Part shown: positions 53,825 through 64,000 of the stretch, piece after piece
Numbering within the stretch: the first letter of the stretch is position 1
Layout of the letters: every line of letters begins with the position of its first letter
Assembly (NCBI RefSeq): GCF_000497125.1
Contig: NC_090597.1
Location: 445,797 to 509,796, forward strand
Reading direction: 5' to 3'
Length of the DNA: 64,000 nucleotides
Origin: Spironucleus salmonicida
Taxonomy: Eukaryota
The notes under the pieces: generated by a model
The model's input: only the letters and a program-made list of their open reading frames with translations
What the model was told of the DNA's origin: nothing
The model's database searches: none
Program-made: the position numbers and the translations under genes

Positions 53825-55177
53825 TCAGCCCAGACTGGCCTTCGCGCTATCAATTATGATGGACACGACGGTGCCGAGCGAGCTGCCGAAGAGGAGGCCC
53901 ATGTTGAGGCAGAGGGTCATGAAGTTGGCGGCGTGCGTGCCGTTGGTCTCGGGCTTCATGATGCTGCCGTACTTGCAGAAGATGGCGCACATGAACCAGC
54001 CGTTGGACACCGCGAAGAGGATCATCACGATCCAGGCCACCAGGTCGTTGTGGACGAGGGGAAGGCCGTCGGGGGCGGTGCCAGCTGCAGCAGGCGAAGC
54101 GGTACCGGCAGGCCAGTGGTAGTAGGGCACGATCTGGATGATGAAGAGCGCGATGAAGGCGAGCCTGACGATGGCGGCGATGAAGAGCGTCTTGACGTTC
54201 CAGATGCTGAGCCCCCACTTCCAGGAGGGGAACTGCCGGCCGACCCAGTCGCCGACCATGAACCAGGAGAACATGATGATGGACCACCAGTCGCCGTACT
54301 TGCCGGACTCGTTGGTCTTGAACATGGAGTAGCACAGGATCTGGATGGTGATGGCGGGGAACAGGGTGAGGGTGACGAAGAAGATGAGGAAGAGCGAGAC
54401 GCCGGGCATCCACAAGTTCTTGACCGCGTCGAAGAAGGTGGTGCCGGGGGCGGCGACCTCCTTGGCGGCGCTCTTGTCGCGCGTGAAGTACTTCTGGCGG
54501 TCGGCGGCGTCGAACTCGATCTTGTCAGCGCCGTAGTTCTTGACGAGCCAGAAGTAGGCGAAGTAGGTCACGAGCACGAAGATAGCGGCGATGATGTAGT
54601 AGGCCACGGTGGTGTAGTACAGCACGGAGTCGAAGGTGGGGGCCTTGCTGTTGAAGGGGATGATGGGCTTCGTGATCACCTTGAGCACCTAGGCAACTAT
54701 ACCGGCGATGCCCGACCCAGCATTGAAGGCGGCGATGAAGCTCACGTCCAGGGAGGCCGCAACCCCGATGGCGGTGGGGAAGAAGAGGCCGTTCGCGCAG
54801 CCCGCGAAGGCCACGCAGATCAGAATTATCGTCATCCTGGTGGTCTGGTTGTGCGAGAACAACTGCGCAAACGGAACGATGAGCAAAACAACCAGCCAGA
54901 TAGTAAGCGAAACAAGTATTCTGAATCTAACAGTGAGGGTGTAGGAAAACTTCATCATGATGAAAGTTACGATACTGTTGAAGATGTTGTTGGTGACGGA
55001 AATAGCAGTGAGCAGGGTGGAGGGGAACTGGTTGAACCAGTAGTCGACTGGTACGATAAAGCAGTTGAAGGGGAGGAGAACAGTAATACCGAAGAGCAAA
55101 AATACCCACCACGCAAGCTTCTTGGCTCGGGGAGATATGTCCTGAGATTCAATAGAGATTTACTCTTTTTCAGACAT
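53825..55177 (-). CDS. Equilibrative nucleoside transporter (SLC29/ENT), 450 aa, full length
   Basis: FLLFGITVLLPFNCFI..DYW (TM1), GSGIAG, FFVTLTLFPAIT, GDWVGR, FAVSNGW and MGLLFGS are ENT-family motifs. Confidence 0.92.
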
Positions 55178-55912
55178 TTTTTGTGAAGAGAAAATGCATA
55201 AACATTATTAATATCTAATAAATATTATAAATAAAATATCTACTTTTAAATCTACTTTTTATAGCTTATTATTTATATTTTGATATTAACATATAAAAAA
55301 GCAAATCACAATTATTACTTTATGGGAATAATAAATACAATAATAACTAATACTTATAAGAATTAACTATTTAATTTAAGTATCAATTGTATCTGGAATT
55401 CTTAAAATATGATTATTATTATTTCGAGAAGTTAAATACAATTTTATTCAATTTTAAGTCTTATAGTATATATAAATAATAAATATAAAAATTAAGACAA
55501 GGAAACATATAAATATCATGTATTAATAACTATTAAATACACATCTAATTAGCAGATATAAACTAGATTAAATACAACAAATTATATACAATGGCTCAAA
55601 TAACTGTATGATAAGTTTACATGTATAAAGAGTGCTATTAATTGATTTACCTAATTTTATCATATAACATAAGTGTATATGTAAATAAATTAATCATACT
55701 AAAAATAGTTTTACATTACATATTTATTAAATGTGGATGAATAAAATAGCCATAAAAATAATATCAACTGGAATTAATTTTACAGCGATTATTTACTGAA
55801 TAATAATAAATAAAATTTAAACTATTAAGTATTCAAGTAAGTGTGCAATCACCTTAATTTTATGAACTATAAAATAATAATGAATATAATATACTTAGTT
55901 AATGCTATATAT

Positions 55913-56098
55913 TCACTATACTTAATCATCTAACTCATTGAGTATAAAATTGTCTAGTTCCTCACGTAACATCATAAAATTAAGTTAGCAAGATTCTGAT
56001 GCTTCATCACGTGTACAGTATGAATGAGATAGTGTAACCCGAGATGGAGGACACTTTTTAACTGTACTTGGTTTAAGTGACCTACAGATTTTCCTCAT
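55913..56098 (-). CDS. Small hypothetical protein, 61 aa
   Basis: MRKICRSLKPSTVKK... ending TAG-TGA; locally raised GC. Confidence 0.4.
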
Positions 56099-56902
56099 TT
56101 AATGTCAATAAAACTTTAACCTGCATCTCAAAATAGTACTAAATAATTATATTATATCGTAAAAAATAAATGAAGAAACTATACTAATATAAAACATGTA
56201 GGTTAGTATTAAATTGCCTGATTTTTCTGTAAAGATAAACTACGCTTTATTGTCAACTTTACATAATAAAAAAATATATTTAACTGTTTTTATTTATCAC
56301 AAATAACCTTATGGCAGTCTAACAATTTTTGCTATAGCAGGAATGCAATGATCAGTAAATCAGCTGATCTTCAGAAAGTGAGAAATCAATTTTTATACAA
56401 GCTAATAGTATTACCTTAAAAAGAATAAATAATTTAGTTATCTAAACTTATATAAATAATATATTATTAGGTGTATAAGATTCGTATCATATTAACAATA
56501 TTTGATAATAATAATTAGTATTGCTTAAGATAAAATCGTTAATTTACTTAAAAAAAACCATTAATATGATGATCATATTGAATATTAAATTCATGGTTAC
56601 TTTTGGATTTGACGTGATCCATCATTTTGAGGTAACGTAAAGTTTATTCAAATTATTTTTCAAAAAGTATAATTACTGGTGTACAAGTTAATAATGTATA
56701 TTAGAGGTCTTAATATAGTTTTAGTTAGTTTCCTAAATTATCAAAAAATATTATATATATGTAATGTTTTTCTGATAATAGAATAAACATTTGGATGATA
56801 AGATAAATATGGATAATAAAAACTATAATATTTTACTTAGGTGAATATAAATATAACTAATACCATATAATAAATAATTTTTACAAACAATTAAATCTAA
56901 AA

Positions 56903-57103
56903 ATGATGCTAACACCTCGTCTTCGCCCCTGTTAGCATTAATTGAGAAGTGAGGTTGATAGTTTTCCAAAACTAGCCTAACTACCTGATATTATCAATAC
57001 AAGATTCTCAACGGGGCTATCTATTCTAGAAAGCTTTAAATAAGCAAATAGTGAATAATATGGATATCGTCAACAAAGAAAGATACTAAAGTTAGTTTTC
57101 TGA
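56903..57103 (+). CDS. Small hypothetical protein, 66 aa
   Basis: MMLTPRLRPC...; AGTGA a few nt after the stop. Confidence 0.4.
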
Positions 57104-57532
57104 ATATAAGTGATTTTTCCAGCATCATTATGTCTTTCTTATTGCTTATTTAGATACATTAGGAAGTAAGATAGTGCTTAAACAAAACCATATAATTCTA
57201 CTTATTTAAATTGTTTTAATATGAAATAAAGAGAGTATACTAGTAAAAATGTAATTTAAACTTTATGAATGAAAATGTGAGCGTTCTTTATGATCGTTTA
57301 TTTATTAATATATAGATTTAAGCTAAAGATAAATAGAATATTTTATGTGTTAATATTAGTTAGTTATGTATCTATACTATTAAAAACAAAGTATTTTTCT
57401 GATTATTATATGAAATATATAGTTATCTTTAATCATTTATTTATTAGATTATTAATTGTAAAAATTCACAAAAATAAATATTAATATTAATCATATTTAA
57501 TTCGTTGTAATTTTAACCACTCCATCAAGTAA

Positions 57533-57760
57533 ATGGGTTTTGAGTGTCTTCCTATTCCTCAAAATGATAAAACCATGAACATCATCTGTGGTATCTTAGA
57601 AATATTCCCTGGTGTCGGTTTATTAGTAGCATGCGCCGTTAATAACTGCAACAAAGACTTACTTATTACTGGTCTTCTTCAGTTAGTTTGTACTTTAATC
57701 ATCTTCGGATGGATCTGGTCTGTTATCAATGGTATTATGATCATTATTAAGAGCTGCTGA
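57533..57760 (+). CDS. Spec3/Stum-like small membrane protein, 75 aa
   Basis: LP..., IICGILEIFPGVG, GLLQL and GWIWSVING match the Spec3/Stum pattern. Confidence 0.7.
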   Translation: MGFECLPIPQNDKTMNIICGILEIFPGVGLLVACAVNNCNKDLLITGLLQLVCTLIIFGWIWSVINGIMIIIKSC

Positions 57761-57886
57761 GTGACAAATTCTAATTTTACTTTTAACTATCTAAATAACT
57801 ATCAATTGTTATCTACATATTATCATACTAAAGAATATTATATACTTATATAAAGATTATTTTTTACTCGCGCCCTTTTAATACAA

Positions 57887-58141
57887 ATGAATTAAGTTGC
57901 TAAAGAAATAAACGTACGAATTAAGTTGCTAGACTAACAACTTATCAACATCAGACGTTTCAAGTAGAAGCCAATCTTGAAGCAAACATAGCCGCCTAAA
58001 GCTACAGTATCTTAATTTTCATCTAATTAACTAGCAAGATTACCTAAAACACAGTCACAAACGCGAATTCTGTCTCAGAGGTTTGCTACCACGGAACGCC
58101 CGTTCCTGGAAGAGCTGAAAAAATTAGAAAAATAGTGGTGA
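57887..58141 (+). CDS. Hypothetical protein, 84 aa
   Basis: MNQVAKEINVRIKLLDQQL... open to TGA 58139-58141. Confidence 0.5.
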
Positions 58142-58202
58142 TTAAATAATTTTTATTTCCACTATTATTATAATATTATATATTAATACCAATATATTCA
58201 AA

Positions 58203-58703
58203 ATGAGATTTGCTAAAAAATATATTGTGAAAACGTTCTATTCCGGTCTCTTGGCGATCCACGCTACCGCAATATGCCTCAGTACCTACGACATAGCATC
58301 CTCGATCTCCATATATCGGGTTTCAAGATTAACGCCAGAGGAAGGCCTGTCCATACGGATGGGCCTGGTGTCCCCCAAAAAAATCTACTCTGCTATTTTC
58401 CAGTTTCCGATACCAGGGTATTTTTGGATAGTCCTCTTCACTGACCGCGGCTGCCTTTACCACTCCCCAAATTTAGAAATTCCACAATTGGAATATTTTG
58501 TTTAGATATTATATAATAATGATATTTGCATGATAGAGTCTCCCAGCCAAGTACTCTTCGACAAGATTTTCCTTGGCATTCTGGCGATTTCCTCGATCCT
58601 TTTGGCGTTTTCGGCGGCGGGCCTTGCGCTAATTTGGTGCTTCTGCATCGGCTTTTGCACGTGCCGGGAGGTACGGCCAAAATACAAACGGATAGCTGGC
58701 TGA
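58203..58703 (+). CDS. Two-TM membrane protein, 166 aa
   Basis: Track ORF extended via TAG=Gln; N- and C-terminal hydrophobic segments and a Cys-rich juxtamembrane region. Confidence 0.65.
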
Positions 58704-59414
58704 TAGCGCCGTGGCGAAGAGTTCAGATTTTGAGGATAAAATCTACATCTGGAGTGCGAAATATACTATTTATTATATAATAATAATAAATCATAAAGAT
58801 GCAATTAAATATGGTAGAATTCAGATTGATATACGCTGGAGGGGTGCTTTCCGAGCGTGCTCCCATCGCGCAGGCTGCTATAGCTGGAATTAAGAGTCTC
58901 AAACTCTTAATTTCACCGTAGATTTTCTGTGATTTCTAAAAATATCTCTTTTAATGTATAATAATACTGTTTGGTAATGGAAAGGATTTTAGCGATTTTC
59001 CGGCAAATCGCTAAAAATTCAATTCCAATTGACCGAAGAGCGGTTTATGGATCCGTTTGTCCCATAAATACGGGTTTTAACAATGGCCCAAGCAGTCCCG
59101 TTCATGAGCTTCCCATTTTAGTTTATTTTCCAATTATGAATATTTTTATATAATAATAATATATAAAATATCCCTTCCATTTTAGTTTTTTCCTGATTTT
59201 CCCCTCTAGACGCTACGAATCGCATCGCAAAACTACGAAGATATTCGCATCAACTGCGTGCAGTTTATTGATGTTCTTATGCAATTTTCAGCTGGAGCGG
59301 AACGGAACTGCTGAAACGCGAAATGGCGAAATGGTGAAATTTAGCAGTAATTTGTACTTTAAAAACATTAAAAATAGTGTATATATATTTATATAATATA
59401 TAATATATAATAAT

Positions 59415-59967
59415 AATATAATATATAATATATAATATATAATATATAATATATAATATATAATATATAATATATAATATATAATATATAATATATAATA
59501 TATAATATATAATATATAATATATAATATATAATATATAATATATAATATATAATATATAATATATAATATATAATATATAATATATAATATATAATATA
59601 TAATATATAATATATAATATATAATATATAATATATAATATATAATATATAATATATAATATATAATATATAATATATAATATATAATATATAATATATA
59701 ATATATAATATATAATATATAATATATAATATATAATATATAATATATAATATATAATATATAATATATAATATATAATATATAATATATAATATATAAT
59801 ATATAATATATAATATATAATATATAATATATAATATATAATATATAATATATAATATATAATATATAATATATAATATATAATATATAATATATAATAT
59901 ATAATATATAATATATAATATATAATATATAATATATAATATATAATATATAATATATAATATATAA
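59415..59967. repeat. (ATATAAT)n satellite, ~550 bp
   Basis: Near-perfect heptamer array of about 78 units, pure A/T. Confidence 0.97.
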
Positions 59968-60138
59968 TAATAATATATAATATTCACTCACATCAATATT
60001 TACACATATACTTATATATCTTTATATACACATTTACTCACAAATATCTATTTTTATATATACCTACTTATATATCCCAATAACCATATAAACCACAAAT
60101 TCACATCCATCGCGAATTCGATTTGCAGGCCAATTTAG

Positions 60139-60429
60139 TCACTCGTCGGTCAGGGAAAGTATCAAATCGGACAGCGAATCCGCGTAGTTCGTGAACTGCG
60201 GGCTGCCGTTTGCGTCGAAGGTGCAAACGTTGGAGGAGCAGTGCCGGAGCGACGGCTGGGGCTCAATTTCCTCAATTTTCGTGGAGTTGTAAATCTTGCG
60301 AAGCTGCGTTATTTTGTGGTTCGGGAAATAGCTTTTCTGTATCTGGACCCAGTTCAGGCCCAGTTTCTGGATGGCCATGTTCAGCGTGTGCACCTCGTCG
60401 TCTTCGAATATGCTGCGTTCCAGTTCCAT
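60139..60429 (-). CDS. Small Myb/SANT-like protein, 96 aa
   Basis: MELERSIFEDDEVHTLNMAIQKLGLNWVQIQKSYFPNHKITQLRKIYN; stop GAG-TGA. Confidence 0.75.
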   Translation of the reverse strand: MELERSIFEDDEVHTLNMAIQKLGLNWVQIQKSYFPNHKITQLRKIYNSTKIEEIEPQPSLRHCSSNVCTFDANGSPQFTNYADSLSDLILSLTDE

Positions 60430-60700
60430 TTTTAACTGAGTAAAAAATGTGTTTAGTTGAAGAATATTTATGTATACTAATTCTAAAAAAACCAATATAT
60501 ATTATTATATAATTTTAGAATAATGATTATTTAAATAATAATTAATTATTATATGATATTATATGTATATAGAAAATTTTCCTTTCTTATGAAAAAATGG
60601 GATAGAATATATTTTCTATGGATTTTCGCACATCGGGTTTCGGTGTTAGTAAAAATTCTCGTTATTGTTAAAATAAGTGCTAATGTATTGAAATTACTCC

Positions 60701-61225
60701 TCACTGAACAAGCTGATTCTCTCTCATATAAATATTTTACTTTCTGGGCCTGTTTACCTTTTTCACAATGATGAATATGATTGCTGCCGTAGTAATCATA
60801 ACTGTTAGCATTGCAAGGCTCAGGAGGAGAAAGTCTAACCCCTTAAAATAAAATTTTGAGTCAAACTAGTCGATCGTAGCTGTGGTTGAGCATGAGAATT
60901 TAGACTTAAACCTAGGCAATTTAAACTTATCTAAATGATAGTAAACTTATGTCTCTCCAGCTTAAGTTTTATCATTAGTAAAGCACGTCTTTCCACTAGC
61001 TGTGCTAATAGCATAACCTGTGTATCTCAATGGGAAATTGAAAAAATAGGTCGCTATTTTTGCTTTTTCAGTAATAGTTCCTAAGATTTCTGTCCCTTCG
61101 TCTGTATAGCTTGATCTCATTAGTCTAAATATTGTCATTAAAGCATCTGCAATAAAAATTTATACTATTATCATTATAGCTAATGCTCCAATAATGCCAA
61201 GTAGCTTAATCATAAAAATACTCAT
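60701..61225 (-). CDS. Two-TM membrane protein, 174 aa
   Basis: MSIFMIKLLGIIGALAIMIIVQIFI...LLLSLAMLTVMITTAAIIFIIVKK; 525-nt frame ending CAG-TGA. Confidence 0.7.
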
Positions 61226-61618
61226 TATAACTAAGTATACGGGGATGGTAATTAAAATTTGCGCAAAATATTACAAATATCGTTTAGTATCAGCCTAGTG
61301 TACAATATTTCATAGTGTTTACAAAGGTATATGTTATTTGATTACTAATTTAGTTTACAAATATTATTCATATACCTCATTGCCTATGTTTGTTATTAAA
61401 CACTTTATAAATGTTGGATTTTTAAAATAATATTAGCTTACTATTTTTGGTAGTAGAATATTATTTTAACTAATTCTGAATTACACAAGTAACTTATATT
61501 CTAAACTCTAATAAAACAATTCTTTGCTAAAAATTAGAGCATTTTATTACTCTTCTAACTTAAAAAATGAAGATCATACTTAATGAAACACTTTAAATGA
61601 TTTAAATATCCCAGAAAC

Positions 61619-62050
61619 TCACTCCCCGCCTTTACCAATCAGACTCATTAACGCAGGTTCGTCTTCAAAGTACTGGCTAGGTGTATCCCAGCTTAAATCT
61701 TAACGACACTTAGGACTCATAAAATTTCTAATTGGAGTGAAAATCGGGCCTGTTAGTTACGGCGATTGCAAAATTGTTCTATCAACAAATTTTACTTCAT
61801 TCTGAATATAATTTAATTGAAGCTCTTCAAACACTATTGAATTTTCTTCAAAATTAAGAAGAGAGTCAGATATTTTGAGCAAACGATTATCTTGATCTAA
61901 AAGGCGAAAATTTCTCTTCTAAGTATTAAAAACTGGTTTAAACAATCGATTAATAGGGGCAAACTCATATGTCTTTTTACGTTGCTTAAGCTACTTTATC
62001 AAATTCTGCTGTTGAACCTGCATGAGTTCTGGCGGTAAATTAGTAGCCAT
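61619..62050 (-). CDS. Hypothetical protein, 143 aa
   Basis: MATNLPPELMQVQ...; C-rich tract before the ATG; stop GAG-TGA. Confidence 0.7.
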
Positions 62051-62805
62051 ATAGAAAGGGTGGAAGGGATAACAGATATGTAATTATTATATTAATATCA
62101 TGTTAACTTAATAATAAAAATATAAAATAAATGTTTTTATACATTAATATAATTGTATAATAATTATATTAGATTATGTATGTCAAATTTAGAAGTAGTG
62201 TAAAAATAGTTTAAAGTATAGAAATTATATTAAATCAAATAATTATTATATTATAAAATAATTATATTTAGTTAAACTAAGTTTATATATAGGAACTACG
62301 TAATTTATAGCTAAATTCATTGTCAGAAACATCTTAACTATAAAAATTTTTATTAAAGTACATTTTATTAATAAAATATATTATATTTAAAAATTTATTG
62401 ACGAAACTAATAATAATTTTTGAGATTTTATTTCGCTCCAAAAGCTAAAGTATATTAGGATTTTAATGGTAAAATAATTTATGAGTAACTTTTTTCTATA
62501 GTATATGATCTAATTATTTAGTATTGTCATCATAAATTCTTTTCCATCATAAAGAATATTATGCATTTTAAAAACATGATGAATTCATATAAGTATATTA
62601 TTATATGTCAAATCGTAATTTTATAATTGGTAAAAGTTAACATCCTTGATAATACATATATTTAGAATCTATAGAAACCAAAAAATAAACAATACGTTAT
62701 AATTTTTATAAAGGTATATAACTATTACAATACTATAACTAGATGTTATAATTTTTATTTATAATAGAAATATATATTTAATACTCTTTCACTTTCTACT
62801 TGCAA

Positions 62806-62985
62806 ATGAAGAAGATCATTAAAAAGTAATCATAACTTTAACTTAAATACACTGGCCCTATAACTTTACAATCCCTTGACGTATAAGTACTATAATTTCA
62901 TACCATATGTGAAACAATGCTAGAAAATAATTCATCTGGCGAATTTTTATGTGTTCCACTAAGTTTATATGTGAGTAGTATATGA
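62806..62985 (+). CDS. Possible small hypothetical protein, 59 aa
   Basis: Pyrimidine-rich leader, then MKKIIKKQSQLQLKYTGP... to TGA. Confidence 0.3.
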
Positions 62986-64000
62986 ATCTGTATTATACGT
63001 TAGTGACAATTAGTGTTTAACAAATTTAATCTTATATAATATAATTTGCAAAAATAAAACTAACAAACTAAAGTAACGATTGAAAATACTTAGCATATTA
63101 GTAGAACATTAAGTTAATCATCCTCTATATTTACTAAATAATATAATTGCGTAATATTAAATTCATGAATATTTTAATTAATAGTATGATAATCTTTCTA
63201 TTTTATCAATAAGCTAAAACTGTAAAACTTTTTTAATATTATTATTATAATTCAATGTATATTATATTTATAAGTAGAAATGTTGTGTTTCTTTGTAAAA
63301 TATTTTAATAAGTAAAATTTTAAACTATCAATTTTCATTTACATGGATCAATGAATTTAGTTTTATAAATTTATAATCAAAATACTTAGAAATAACTATT
63401 AAGGATTGGTTAACATTCATTAAACTTGATTTTATTTCTAATAGTTTAAACTAAAGAACATCCTAATGAATCTTATCTAATGAGATGATTAAATTGGTAT
63501 AATCTAGTAAACTTTTATCTATTTTAACATAATAATAATAATATTGTTTAATACAATATATTAATTTAAAATAAATGTAACGTATTAAAACAATCATTTT
63601 AAAATCACTTATTAGTGACAGTATTTCTAATAATAATACACTACTTGTAATACATTTATAAGAAAATGTTAATAATAAAGTTATAAAAATATCCTAAAAC
63701 AATAATGATGCAAAGACAATCTATCAATTATTTATATATAGTTTCTTATCAATTTTTAAACTATTTATTAGTAATTTATATTATTTATATCTAAATAGAT
63801 CACGCTATTGCATTATTACTATTTGTTTTTAATTATAAATCTATAGCAAAGTTTATTGGTATAAAATGTTGCTTTGTTTATATTGTTAGTGCAATTCTCT
63901 ATATTAATTTGAATCAGTTGATATATTTTACTGAGTAAAAATTAACCTGAACTTATCAAAATACTAAATAAGTTAAGTATATGATAGAACCTCACTGGAA

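Larger units (their letters stand above)
50451..54838. repeat. Right arm (ancestral copy) of 4388-bp inverted duplication
   Basis: Genes crossing both ends of this arm are intact. Confidence 0.97.

Noticed and set aside
44853-55186. Long antisense ORFs (44853-45779, 53933-55186)
   Set aside because: Shadow frames of the GC3-rich ENT genes; no recognisable motifs.
58800-59390. Short ORFs on both strands
   Set aside because: No consistent start, stop or motif, and I could not choose a frame.
59277-59991. Long I/Y/L-rich ORFs (236 and 200 aa)
   Set aside because: Translation artefacts of the ATATAAT satellite.

Overview
AT-rich eukaryotic DNA with no introns needed to build any CDS, using the Hexamitinae/ciliate-type code (TAA/TAG=Gln, TGA the only stop). 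It is most consistent with a Spironucleus-like diplomonad (inferred from the code, the AGTGA motif overlapping many stops, and the cysteine-rich membrane protein family). The supplied ORF track fragments nearly every gene, so I re-read CDSs by hand with TAR=Gln. The left ~36 kb is a surface-protein region: seven intact cysteine-rich membrane protein (CRMP) genes (an inverted paralog pair, one 1319-aa gene, and a 4-copy ~3021-bp tandem array bounded by a 118-bp direct repeat), a CRMP pseudogene, an intron-containing tRNA-like gene possibly with anticodon UUA, Rpt2, an acyltransferase-3-like protein and a SAPS protein. The right part holds MCM3, a fold-back non-coding segment, NAC-beta, a 4388-bp near-perfect inverted duplication (nucleoside transporter, MOK-like kinase, small ORF, MATE-like transporter) around a GNL3/Nug1 GTPase, two mini-Myb genes, a Spec3/Stum-like gene, small hypothetical genes and microsatellites. 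Product calls come from motifs recognised by eye; no database search was run.
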